From positions 930,001 through 994,000 of the forward strand of contig JBLDXI010000029.1 in the NCBI GenBank assembly GCA_047495785.1: DNA of 64,000 nt, read 5' to 3'. Source of the DNA: Lepidodermella squamata. Its lineage: Eukaryota; Animalia; Gastrotricha. Both the position numbers and the translations under genes were made by a program. A model generated the notes under the pieces. It was not told the DNA's origin. It worked only from the letters and a program-made list of their open reading frames with translations, and did no database searches. Positions 24,384 through 36,949 of the stretch are shown one piece after another (the stretch's first letter is position 1; each line of letters begins with the position of its first letter).

Positions 24384-24968
24384 TCAGCGACCGGTAGGTT
24401 TTGGCCCAGGAACTGTAACAATACGCGGCCCAGACGGCGCCGGCCGAATAGCGATAGGCTGCGGCGGCAGAGGTTGCGCCACCATGAAGTTCGTAGTTGA
24501 GCTGGACGGCGTCGAAACACCGCCACACTCCGAGTCGGAAATACCCGCCCGACTGTCGTGAGGATCAGGGCGAGGCGAGAAAAACCGGCCGCCCTCACCG
24601 CGTTGCCGATTCATGGCATGCTTGTGCCGAGATTCGTGCAAATAAGGCCGCCGTTCACGCGTCAATCGGCCTAGTTGTTCGAGTTTAGCCCGTTGCTGCC
24701 GCCGTTTCAAAATTCTGCCGTACTGCTTAGCGTTAACGTACAGCGGCTCTTCGTCGCCGTCGCCTGCATCCGACCCGGTCGAAGTTGCCCCGTTCACAAT
24801 CTGCGAGGATGCGCCGATTTGCTGCAGGAAATCTGCCTGTGACATGGTACCTATCGTGCCCGCATTCGTGACCGAACCTGCCTGGTTCGACGGTACAACA
24901 ATGACAAATTGCGCACCAGGCGGCGCAGCTCCAGCCTGCAAAAACTGAAGCTGACCAGTAGATGTCAT
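24384..24968 (-). CDS. NFYA: Nuclear transcription factor Y subunit alpha (short form)
   Basis: [25 protein letters not shown]...[23 protein letters not shown] (CBF-B/NF-YA domain). Confidence 0.95.
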   Translation of the reverse strand: MTSTGQLQFLQAGAAPPGAQFVIVVPSNQAGSVTNAGTIGTMSQADFLQQIGASSQIVNGATSTGSDAGDGDEEPLYVNAKQYGRILKRRQQRAKLEQLGRLTRERRPYLHESRHKHAMNRQRGEGGRFFSPRPDPHDSRAGISDSECGGVSTPSSSTTNFMVAQPLPPQPIAIRPAPSGPRIVTVPGPKPTGR

Positions 24969-25448
24969 CAATTAACAGCAACTAAAAAATCAAGTGAAAA
25001 ACAGACTTTTATTCTTGATTTAATTCTCAACACCTTGTGGTAATATTTATACAAAAAGCGGGATTTCTCCCCGCATCATGCTCTTCAAGTTCAAAAAGTA
25101 TTCAGAAGCTCAGAAGGCTTCGTCATCAAATTGCCTATTATGGAGAGAAAAAGAATGACATCGATTCATATATAAAGTCACAAAACCCTTGCGGCAAATA
25201 TAATTAAGATAGCAATCAATGGCAACCAATCACAGTTGATTTTTTCAAATGTTAGATGATTTTTTGAAATAAGAGCCTAAAGAAAAATCTGACATCAAGC
25301 AAGACGGTAGAAAATTTCCGGCGCATAAAATGTGTCCTGACCACGGGTTAAAAGCTACCAAAGCGAGAGATTAAGACAGGGCACGCTATATTATACATGA
25401 ATCGAATGCGTTTTCACGTGTCATCTAGATGTTACTCCATAGGCCGCC

Positions 25449-26398
25449 TTAATTGGTGTAAGCTGGTGGAAGGGGGGCGACAGGAGTGTTTGCGTTCAAC
25501 TGCTGCGACTTGATGACATCCTCGTACTTCGGAGGCAACAGGATTTCAACATCCCCAGAGTCGTGGCCAGTCGGTGAAACAGTCATAGCTGGCGACAGAT
25601 CATAACTTGTGAGAGTGATAGCTGCGCGAGAACGCTCCTGCTCGCACAGGTATTTGTAGCAAGCCCAGACTAGGCAAATGAAGTAGGCCTGAAACGAAAT
25701 GTATAAAATAAATCATCTTAAGAGTCATATTCCAGCATTACCTTCAACGTTAGAATAAGGGCGGCCATCACAACTACAATAGCCAACATGTAATGAATGT
25801 TGACCGTATCGAGAGTTCGAGCTAGATAGCGGCTGTTGACTTGTTCTGTAACCCAACGACGAACGTCATCGTAGGAAAAGAATCCAGCAACTGTCAGGCA
25901 AGAAACCACGAAGTCGAAGATTTGAAGGCAGAAGAACGGCAAAATGTACGATGGGCGCCCTTGCCATGCTCCCTGCACCATCATGGCGGTGACAACGAAC
26001 GAAAGGGTTGTAAGTAAAAGAGCGAAACATTGGTTTTCAAAGTAACGCTCTTTTGATGCCGCGTCTCTAACGCGAATATCAAACACAACATTTACAGCTC
26101 CATCGGAGAGCTGATTCTTGCTATCGGGGAACAGTTCAAGCTTGCCATCCTCTGAGTTATTGCTCAGATCAATAACGTTGTCAATGAGCTGTGGCTGCTT
26201 GAAAAACAGGATGTAGTACAGCAAGAATAACATCCCTACGAACTGGAGAAGCTGTTTAGGAATGAAATTACACATAATGAAATATTTACAGGCAATAAGT
26301 AAGTTTATTACCATTTGCCATGTTCCAAATAGAACAGTGCCAGTCCGAACGTGCAGGCAGAAGCAGCACCGGTATTCGGACGGAATTCGTCCTCTCAT
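25449..26398 (-). CDS. LAPTM4: Lysosomal-associated transmembrane protein 4 family, 3 exons (26398-26312, 26251-25742, 25688-25449)
   Basis: RCCFCLHVRTGT N-terminus, YILPFFCLQIFDF, AYFICLVWACYKYL, and C-terminal PY motifs LPPKY and PPAY. Confidence 0.92.
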
Positions 26399-27638
26399 GC
26401 TTTTAATTAAACTTTCAGTTGTCTCTTTATCCTAAGACAAATGGTAATGAGAAATTGATAAAAACAGCAGATAATGAATACGGTGAAAAGACTAGCCTAT
26501 CAAAAGAATAATTTGTTTCTCTGGAAAGTTTACATCAGTGAGATTTGCTATCGGCGATAAGCTATCCGAGTTACACGTTTTTTCCATGGTGTTACCAGAG
26601 TGAGTCCGCAGTCACAGAGATTACATTTGCAATAGAAAAATTGTAACAGCTCCGAGAGGATAAGAAATCGGGCGAGTCATATGCCTCTAAAAGCCTTGGT
26701 ATCCACAGGGACTCAGAGGGTCACATCAAGAAATCTGACCAGCAACCCGGGAGCTGGGAGCTGGTCAATAATAGGTGAGTCCTAGTGTAATCATAGCGTA
26801 GATTACATGTAGTCCTGAACGCTCGATTTTGATCACATTTCAAGCGGGGCCAAGTAGTACCATAGTAATTTAAAAGATGAAAGATGCAATATAACTAAAA
26901 GCAAAAGAAACGGGGAAATGATGGTATTTTTCTATTAGGGTCCCAATCAATCGCTTGTCAATTTGAAGTTTGAAGGCACTGTGACCAAGGCCTGGCGCCT
27001 GACTAAATAAACAACCATGTGATCATCGATTTCGAAAAATTAATATGCAGAAATGAATGTGAAAGGAAATTAAACTTTCTAAAAATGCGCAGCCTGGCCC
27101 TGGGTAAGTAACTTTTGACGCCCCGGTTCCCGGTTCCTCAAGATAATGAAACATCAAACAGATTGTCATTCGTCATCAAAATGCAGGCATACCCAACTAG
27201 GATTTCTCATAGACGAAGAATATCCACGAACGCAAGAGTCGTTGAAGAGTCAGGTTTAAGCCCATCGAACATCTAACATATCTAACATCGAACATAGCCC
27301 AGCACTACGTTGACCTTTCCTCTCTGTCAACCCTTTTCATGATCCAAAAAAGTAAAAAGAAGTGTCGCCCGAACCAAGGTGATTTGTACTGCCTTGACAT
27401 CAACATTTTGTTTAATATATAAATATCTTAAGCCAAATATTTTCTTTCATTTTCGACATATTGCAAAATATTGCGCGGTAAAAAATTCAAATTTTGGCTG
27501 TTGCGCGCATGCATGCGGCTTGTTTGAAAGAGGTTTCCCCGGTAGCTTTCTTGGTTAACTGGAGAGGCTTAACTGGAGAGTAACAAATTAGTTTCGAAAA
27601 AAATCGGGAAAATTGGCGAATTATAGTTGTGTCTAAGG

Positions 27639-28281
27639 ATGGTTGATATTAGTGTTGACATTTTGGCGGGCGCGGCGGATCGTGGCAATCAGTTTTTCTC
27701 AGGTTCTTAGAAATATGCATGTACTGCTATACTGGAGGATATAATTGCGACGTTCCGCCATGGAGCCCACGAGTCTTGGAATGTTGGTAAACAAATTCAG
27801 CTTGAGAACGTTCTAGTTCCGTCGAATCCACTGACAGCAACGGTAGTGGTTGTGTACGACGCGCAGTACTTGGTATTGATGAAGATAGATCGCAAAATAT
27901 CAGCTCCGGTCATTAAGGGTGCTTCAACTGGACCGCGCTATTTCTCGCTTGGTTATGGCGATAGAGGAGATGACATCAGCATCTGTGATGTCACGATAAC
28001 CTTTGACCGCACGGATCGCCGATGCCATTTTTATGGGTCGTCTGGAACACGGCGTGGTGATTCCGGTGGTCCTTGTTTATGTATATGGGCTCTATATGGC
28101 TGTATATGGGGATCGTGAACTGATCGGCATGTGTGTTGGTGCCAGATTACCAGACCACTCACAAAAGTTCACCATCGGAGACATGGTGACGGACTGGAGT
28201 CAACGAGCTCACATTTTGAGTGCAATGGCAATGCTTGGTCTTGCTTCTTCTCTTTCAACCTGCTGTGATGCTTTCCTATAA
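27639..28281 (+). pseudogene. Trypsin-like serine peptidase pseudogene (no signal peptide)
   Basis: ATFRHG (His), QYLVLMK (Tyr at the expected catalytic Asp), GDSGGP (Ser). In-frame TAG at approx. 27708 and a frameshift at a duplicated TGTATATGGG (approx. 28080-28110). Confidence 0.7.
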
Positions 28282-28859
28282 CTAAGGAAGAATGAACATT
28301 GGCGCTTGGCAATCAGCGAAGTTCAAATTTGCGATTCCTTAAGTAAGACATTAATGGGATTCATGGGAACATCTGTACGCGGATACTCCATCCATCCCTG
28401 AAAAATCGTGCATACCTGTTGCATTTAAGGCTGCTCCTTCTGTGAATTGCGCACAAAAAAGGGTCAGCTGGAACTCGCATTACGTACAATGTGCGTCTCT
28501 TAAATCTTGAACTACTTGAGTTGTGCGGAATGACAATCAACTCATATTTAATATCTCATTAGTTGGTTTGATGACTTTGATGTTATTTGATATTTGATGA
28601 CTTGGGTCCAGAGAGCTCATTATATGCTTGAAATAGGCCATGTCAAACGAGTGGAAGCATCCCGCCAGTAGATTGCCGTAGGCTTTGATCTTTAAACGGT
28701 TCGTGAAAAGTTCAATGTCGCGCCCGGCTTGAATGCCTATCTTGGTCTTTTTATGATGGAATTTTATTACACGAGCCAACGAGTGGTTAGGCTATTGCTT
28801 ATTCTTATTCTTATATTATACCATTTTTCGTAATTAGGAGCAGTTTATTTACACCAGAC

Positions 28860-29222
28860 ATGAGTGCGAAATTGAATTACGTCGGCCGTCAAGCCATGTA
28901 TTCCATCAGATTGGCTACTCATGGTTGTACTAATCGTCCCGTTTACCATATAGTCGTTAGCCCATCAGCGGAGGAAAACAACAAGGCCAAACCGATTGAA
29001 GAGCTTGGCATTTACGATCCATTGCCAAATGCGAACAACGAAATCGTTGTCGGTATGAATGTTGAACGTTTCAAATACTGGATGACGAAAGACAACGTGA
29101 AAATAACAACTGCCGTTTCGAAGCTGCTGGGCATCTGCGGCGTACTACCCGTTCATCCTTTTTCATATATTGAAGCTCGTAAAAATCGCGAGCCGAAGAA
29201 AACTGAGGAGAAAAAAGAATAG
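28860..29222 (+). CDS. MRPS16: Mitochondrial ribosomal protein S16
   Basis: IRLATHGCTNRPVYHIVV...IEELGIYDPLPNANNE...GVLPVHP. Confidence 0.95.
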   Translation: MSAKLNYVGRQAMYSIRLATHGCTNRPVYHIVVSPSAEENNKAKPIEELGIYDPLPNANNEIVVGMNVERFKYWMTKDNVKITTAVSKLLGICGVLPVHPFSYIEARKNREPKKTEEKKE

Positions 29223-29260
29223 ACAATTTTTATTTGAAGTTAATTTGTCGAATTTAGACT

Positions 29261-29737
29261 ATGAATTTGATTGATTTTGTGCCGCTGACGTTGATTTCGA
29301 TTGTATGGGGCTGCTCCAATCCGCTTTTGAGGCGATATAGCCTATCGGTTAAAATTCCCGAACATTCATCCGCGTTCCGCAAAGTCCTACTTCATATTTC
29401 AAATATCAAGGTATAGAAATATGAACTCAGCGTTACAAGTTTTTATATGTATGCTTTTCAGTTTATCCTCAGTTTCATTATGAATCAATCCGGCTCTGTT
29501 TTATTTTATGCTCAGCTTCGGAATTCAGGTGAGTATATTTGATTTATTGGACGAATAATTCTATAGTTTCTGAATATAGAGTTGAGCGTAGCTGTTCCGT
29601 TTGTCAATTCTCTCACGCTTGTGCTCACCGCAGTTTTCGGCCAGCTAATCAATAGCGAACCTATGTCAAGTCGGTCATATCTTGGTCTTGCCTTAGTGGC
29701 CGCTGGTCTCGCTGTTTGCTGTCACTCTAAACTTTAA
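29261..29737 (+). CDS. TMEM234: Transmembrane protein 234, 3 exons (approx. 29261-29410, 29462-29528, 29580-29737); absent from the ORF track
   Basis: Spliced translation contains VWGCSNPLL, FIMNQSGSVLFY, ELSVAVPFVNSLTLVLT. GT-AG introns of about 51 nt; AATAAA at approx. 29760. Confidence 0.88.
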
Positions 29738-29921
29738 ATTATTCGATGACTTTTTTATCAATAAAAATGTCTTTCAGCTGTAATACGTATTTTTATTTCT
29801 CACTTGAACATGGGTGCACAAATCGATAATAAATGATGAGATCTTACGTAATTAATAATAATTTATCACAACATAATAAATTCCTTGACTATTAGCCGAA
29901 GGATCCACGAAATTCTTAGTC

Positions 29922-32900
29922 TTAAAATGCATTGGGTGCAGGTCCACACCAGTGAGTGATGAATTGCAACACATCTTGAAGCTCGCTTTGCTTCGACACC
30001 TTAGCAGTCAGCAAAAATTTGTTCCAATCGTCCTTATTTGCAACTTTATTCGACTTCTTGAATTCAACCCGGCTGTTTAGAACAGGATAACCGGTGATAA
30101 TACACGGCTGATAGCGCTGATTACCAGCGACTAAACTTGCCTCGAAAACTCCGCGATCGTCTTTTGGCAAACCTTGCTCGATTTGACGATTCAGGGACAT
30201 GGAAAGTACCCACTCCTTCAAATCATTCCTTTCACCCTCGGACAGCATCGGGTGGTCAGGGAGGGCTAATTCAGTCGGAACGTCAGTTCCCTCAAAGACA
30301 GACCCGTCGACTAAGGACATATCGTGGTCCTCAATTGCCTCCTCAATATCGAGGAAATAATTCGTTAGAACAAATGCCAATCGGTCCCAATTCATCTTCT
30401 TGCACGCAGTTCCAGCTTCAAAGAACACTTTATCCGCAATTACGATATCGGTAAAACGGAGAAGAGCGACTGAAATTTTAGCCGAGATAACTTCCAACTG
30501 CGGATTCGCAGCAGATGCGCATCGAACTGAATAATGATGAGCTATCCAGAGCAGAGTTTCAAACTGCGAGTATTCATCCGACTTGCCCGACCCGGTCGCC
30601 TGCATATTTTCGCACAACTGAAACAACATATTACGCAAATCGGCCCAGATTCGATAGCATTCAGGGCCGGAATACGAACGGGATGACATTATATCCAACG
30701 CAATTCGTTTGTAAATATTGTAATTTTGCTGAAAAGCCGGAGCGGTGTGGGTTGAGTATAACTCCAGGGCCTTGACCGTCTTGCCTTCCTTAATCAAAGA
30801 AGTCGCATACATTGCGACATATTTATGCAGAACATTCGCGCCTAGCTGCTTCGCCTTATCAAAGCACTTATCCCACTGGCCACGCTCAGCGTACATATCC
30901 AAAGCCGTCATAACATCGACCTCGGAGATGTGTTCGACTTTACCCGTGCTCTTCAACTGGCGCTTGTGCTGTTCATCAATGTAAGCTTCAAGCGCTGGTT
31001 CGTATTGCCGAGCGACTTTTCTAGCTCGGTTCACATCATCGCCGGCAATCAACGCATCGACGGCTTCTTTAATCATATCAGCTCGAATGAACAGCTCGGC
31101 GGCTTGTGTGTAGGAATGCTGCCCCATGAGTCGCGGCGCCACTTCACGGACAATTGCCGCGGCTTTGTGCGGTTCGGAATGGGTTAGGGCCAACTCGGCG
31201 GCTTTCATCCACGATTTCTGAAGCACGTTCTGGTCCGAGGTCATTTGCGTTGTCACTCGACGGTAACATTCAATCGCTCGGGCGTAGTCGCCGTTTTGTT
31301 CGTAGTTCCTCGCCTGACTAACCAAAGAATCGAAATCTCTGATAACAAGAAAAAAATATCAGTAGTAGGGTGCAAAAATGAAGTGGGATGGGCTAACTTT
31401 TTGACCATTGCTCCTGATTGCTTTTCGTAGTCGGCTTGTAGCAATTCCAACTTGTGGGGTAAGTATTCTTTGCAGACCCGCATTGCATCGTCCCACATTC
31501 CATGATCCTAATTCCAACAAAAAAATTTGACCTAGTATAGGATTCGGGTTATTTTGGCATCTGAAACTTACGCGATAGTATTTGACGATGAGCTCCGGTT
31601 TCTGAGCTCGAAGCAGAAAAGCCTCGCCCTTAGGGAAATCTTGTTCCTCAAACGCCAGTTTCGCCTGAGCCAGCAAAATATCAGTAAGCGAGTCCGGATC
31701 ATGCTGTTCAGCCACCCTAAGCGCAGCCGACCAATCTCGCGCATGAACGTACATCAAAACAGCCTCACGAGGCTTGCCAGCCTTGATGAACTCAACTTCG
31801 GCCTCGCTCAATTTGCCCTCATCTTCCAGAACGGTCGCCAACTTTTGATGCACATCAACCATACGTTCGGGTGCGACCTGTTTCGCAATAATGAAAGCGA
31901 GGTCGAAACTTCCTGTATCCAAGGCCATATCCAGCCCTAAATCGACCATTGAGTACTTCTGGAGTAAACGAATCGCTGCATCTCCACCAAGAGATTTTGC
32001 CCAGAGGAAAACAACTTGTTGCGCCGCTTTTTCACCACCATGCGTTTTCGCCAATCGAAAAGCGTCTTCGTAGTGATTCTTCTGGCGATACATATGAATT
32101 GCAGCTTTCCACTCGCCGGCTTCGATCAACATCTGTTCGGCGGCATTCAAGTTATTTTCGCCCTCCAGATCACGCGCGATGTGAATTAGGCTCTCCTTTA
32201 CGAGGTCCGGATGGTATTGCCGGACTAATCTCAACATGTCGGAATACATTTTCTGCTTCTTGTACATCGTAATAGCTTTGTCGGCTTCGTCAACCACGCA
32301 GTACAGTTTTTCGGCGTCCTTATATTTACCCTGGGCTTCGAGCTGTTTCGCCTGCATGAGGTACATGGCCGATACTTCCTCAGGGCGCATTGTTTTGCTA
32401 GCCAGGCGATGAGCGTCTTCCCAACGCCCAGCTTTATTATACATTTCAATAGCCTCTTTAACACTGCCAGACTCAAGGTAGAGACGTTCGGCCAGTTCCA
32501 ACTCGCCAACTGATGAATGGTGGTCAGCAATTTGTTTGTAGAAAGGAGCAGCGACTCGCTCATCGCGAATGCTGTGCTTCAAGATATCTACAGCTTTCGT
32601 CCATTGTCGAGCGACTATACACGCCTCGACGGCTTTGACATTCGCTCCGGCTTCAATGTAGTGATTTATCGCTGCGTCGGTTTGTTTGTTGCGGAACAGC
32701 GAGTCGGCCCACAGCAGTTCGAGTTTAACAACCTCTTGCGGGAACGAAATTCGGGCGAGGTCAACGGCTCGAGCGAATGCTTCAGCGCGTTTGAAGTTTT
32801 CCAACGCTCGTTGGTCCATGGCGGCACGTTGGTACAGATCACCGGCGCGTTCATAGAATTCAGCGCGGATGAGAGATTGCGCGACTCGCTCCACCAAAGC

Positions 32901-35543
32901 CGTGTCAGAGAGAAGTCGAGTATCCGCTGCAACTACAGCCGCGGCTCGACTTGGTAAATTAGCCTGAAAATAAGGATGGAAAATGTTACTCATTTGCGAA
33001 GCCGATTGGAATATCTCAACTAACCCGAAGATAGAGATCGATCGCTCCGTTGATATCGCCTTGATGTTCGCGCAGTTCAGCAGCTTTGTCCTCCTGGTGC
33101 GATGCCATTAGGTATTGCATGTACTTCTGATGCATATTATCCAAATCGTGATGACTACGCGCCTCTGCAACAGCGATAGCCAACTCCCATTTATGCATGT
33201 CTTGGTACATGCGGAAGATCTCTTCCAAATCATTGTTATCCAAATAAATCGACTCAGCCAGCTTGAAATTGCCCTCTAACATAGCTAAGCGAGCTCGGAC
33301 CTTGTAGTGATATCTAGCATCAGGTCCGCCGATTTCCAGTGCGATCTTATTGGTATCTCGCAGGAAGCGAGCAGATGAAATGTCACCCAAGGCAGCGTAA
33401 CATCGCTCAGCTATGTTCAACTGTCCAGTATCGAGGGCTCGTCGAACTAAACTTTTCCACATTGATTCTGATTCTGTAGACATTTCCAGCGTTTCGAGAT
33501 ACAGAACTGCACGGCCGAGATCTCCATCGTCTAATGCTGTGCCAAATTCAGTCATGCTCGCATCGAGGGCCACATTTGCACCATCGTTGACTACAACGAC
33601 AGTTTTGTTGTCTTGAAATTCGATCCCAACCGCCTCGCCTCGGATAGACTGAGTCGATACTCGCTCGGGGGTATCTGCGTTATACCAAACGTTCAGCTGA
33701 TCACGGCTCTGGGCGACAATGACATCACTGCCGGGGACCCACGCTACGAAAGTGCAATAAGCTAGGAGCGTCGATTTTTGCCTTGACTCGACATCGTACA
33801 AATGAAGCTTGCATTTCTTGTCGCGGAAAAGCAGCTTCTTGCCAGTTTCATTCAAATCCAGCCAGTCAATTTTTGTGTCGTGAATAACCTGACCCAGCGA
33901 ATGGCCTGAAACCATGTCCAAGATAGCAGCTGTTTTCAAATCAATCAAATACGCTAGCTTTTTGTTATCAGCAACGGACATTTGCCTCCTTTCGTTAACT
34001 CGAACACTGACCAGATTAGGCTGGGCAAATTCGGTTCGAACTGATGCTAAAGGTTCATCGACCCCATATTCAATGATACTTAGCTCACCATCGCTTGTTG
34101 CCAGACAAATTCTATCGTGGTCGAAGCAAAATCGGTCTTTTCCACCACCACGCCAGCCAATTTCGGACATTCGATTGTTGGAAATTCGGCCGACAATTAG
34201 GGAATCAGAAGTGTATGCAACGACGTACTTATCTTCGCCCAGAATTTTAACTTCTCCGATTTCGTAGCCGAACTTGGATCGCAGATCAAGTTTCATTTCG
34301 TTATTCAAACTTCGCACCAGGACTTGGCTGGGCCCGACGTAAGTGATTTCGAATTTATTTTTATATAGCGCCTTTCTCATACTGCAATCAAACTCTTCGA
34401 CTCCACCGCATAGCGTGCCAGCGACGAGACGCGATCCATCCCTTTTCCACGACAATGCGGTGATTGTGTAAAGATTCGAAATTTCTTTAGGTCGGCCCTC
34501 TTCCCAAGCCTGCTTCCTATGCGACCAGCTGAATACTCGCAATCGATCAAAGCTGCCTACGATAACGGTCTGACCGTTAGGTCCAGATGCGGCTGTTGTG
34601 AATTCATGCTCGCTAGGGTCAGAGTTGAAATCAAATTGTTGATGAGGACGGCCGTCGCCGCCATACATGGTAACACGTTTGTCGCAACCAGCAGCTATGA
34701 AGGAATCCATACCCCACGCTAATGCGTAAGGCGGACAAGAATGAACGCACATCTTCCCTCCACCCTAAAGTCAGATTAATTAAAGGCATCTCGTACGGTG
34801 ATGAATTAATATAACTGACCTTAGCTGGATTACCATCGTCATCAAAGAAGAATCTGATAATTGATCCATCCGCATGGCCCGATAAAGTGGTATTTCCACT
34901 TGCTGCTAATGACACAGTGAATGATTTTGTATCGTACATGTTTATCGTTTTGTTGTTCTTGACCAAAAGAGCTCGCACCTAAAAAGATTATCAAATAAAC
35001 CTCGTGATGCAAGAAGCGACAAAAGTTACCTGCCCGTCAGCTAGTCCAACGACAATGACATCATTCGGGAGCCACACCAAGCATGTTACAGCCGCTGGCT
35101 GAGGAAATCGGTTAGTAATTTTTTTGTCTTCGCCGCTGACAGAAATGAAGTGAGGATATTCATATCAAAAACTACACAAAAGTATACGACACTTACAAAT
35201 TTAGTCCAATCCTGTAAACAAAGACGATGTTATCAGTTTGGCCGACAGCTAGCTTGGTGGAGTCAGGAGAGAAGGCCATTCCCTTAACCAAATAGCTCTT
35301 TTTCCCGAACTATCAAAAGGCTAAAAGTTATAAATTTCTTGCAAAGCGTGTGAAATATACCTTTGAGTCGACAGGCTTGGTAGCGAACTTGTCCTTCTTT
35401 TCTCCATGATCATCATAGAGAACAATCACTCTCTCGCTATTGCAAACAGCGAACTTCTTATTATTTGGAGCCCATGCCACTGAGTCAATCCTCGCCTCCG
35501 AATCCTGCGAGGTTTGAACAGTTTTCAAGTGCTTCAAATGCAT
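29922..35543 (-). CDS. IFT172: Intraflagellar transport protein 172, multi-exon
   Basis: MHLKHLKT...[11 protein letters not shown]-terminus, WD40 region ([17 protein letters not shown]), TPR-like region ([11 protein letters not shown]), C-terminal PCIITGYPV...ANKDDWNKF. Short introns join the ORFs. Confidence 0.96.
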
Positions 35544-36353
35544 TGAAATATAATATCTATCTGTTAATAAAGTTTTTGAGGTCATGTGAGTTCAGTTTGA
35601 GATTCAAATGTCATAGGTTAAACGCATAACGCAGAACGAGGGAAGCTTTGCCTAAGCTGCATATCGGAAATGTCGACAATATCGGAGGGAGGCAAGTACA
35701 CACAATTAATCAATTGCACTGCTTTAAGCCGCTTCTGAGTTACTCGCGCCATGTATGAACATAAAGCAAATGTATCCCGTAACAAATCAAAGCGGAAGGT
35801 TGTGCTCGATGTGACTGCAAGGTAAGGCTGTGGAAGTCGACTTCGAGGAACGATGACTGGGCCGCAACGAAAGCGTTCGTAGAAACAAAAATTGAAACCT
35901 CTCCCAAAATTATTAATTGTGCATAATATAAACCTGTTTTTAAAGATATTCAAGAAATTAATAACTATTCCTGTCATTAACAAATGGGCACCGGCGCGGC
36001 GCGATGTGATTTTTTTGTATGCATTTTTGCGCTGAATGGCTGTCGAAAAGGTCGTGGCTGAGCGATGAACGATTCATGCCTTTCCTCGACATATTGACGG
36101 ACGGAGGCGGGAAGCGCTTCGATTATACCTTGGTTCAAGATGCAGGTAGCTCAAGAGTAATTTCGCATCTCAGCCGAAATGTTTTATTTTCGACCGTAAA
36201 TAATCAAAATTGAAGGTACAGAAGAAAATGGAAACAGGAATTCCGCTGTGACGTTGAATCTTCCTTCTTATTTGAGCTTCATTCTCTGCCTTTAGCTGGT
36301 GTCTGTTGTAAATTGTTTCTTTTATTATTGCTTTAGGACTATAGATCATTACA

Positions 36354-36764
36354 ATGGTCAAGTTCATTAAGGCTGGACGTGTTGTTCTTATCTTGAACGG
36401 CAAGTACGCTGGCCGCAAGGCTCTTGTCGTCAAGAACTACGATGAAGGCACCTCAGACAAGCCTTATGGCCACTGCCTTGTAGCTGGCATTGACCGCTAC
36501 CCTCTCCGCGTTCTCCGCCGCATGAGCCAGAAGAAGATTGCGAAACGGTCTACGCTCAAGTCATTCGTCCGCGTTGTTAACTACAACCACTTGATGCCGA
36601 CCCGCTACCTTCTCGACATCACCGTCGACAAGCAGATCGTCAATAAGGATGTCTTCCGTGATCCCGCGCTCAAGAAGAAGGCTCGTCAGCACGTTCGCGT
36701 GAAATTCGAGGAGCGCTACAAGACTGGCAAGAACAAGTGGTTCTTCACCAAGCTGCGATTCTAA
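36354..36764 (+). CDS. RPL27: 60S ribosomal protein L27 (eL27)
   Basis: [23 protein letters not shown]...YNHLMPTRY...[14 protein letters not shown]. Confidence 0.98.
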   Translation: MVKFIKAGRVVLILNGKYAGRKALVVKNYDEGTSDKPYGHCLVAGIDRYPLRVLRRMSQKKIAKRSTLKSFVRVVNYNHLMPTRYLLDITVDKQIVNKDVFRDPALKKKARQHVRVKFEERYKTGKNKWFFTKLRF

Positions 36765-36949
36765 GCTTCTAGCAGAGTTTCTTAGAGATTTGCTCTTTGA
36801 TGTGCGTGGTGGTATATTAATATGCTGAAAGAAAGAAATAAACGGAAAGATTTCGCCGCTAACTCGCTGATTTTTAATTAAACCTAAACTTGTAGCAATT
36901 ATTCTCATAGGGATGTTTTAATAATGTAATAACCATGATTTGGAGATAG

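Noticed and set aside
35618-35983. 121-aa ORF between IFT172 and RPL27
   Set aside because: No recognisable motif; it lies in a divergent promoter/UTR region.
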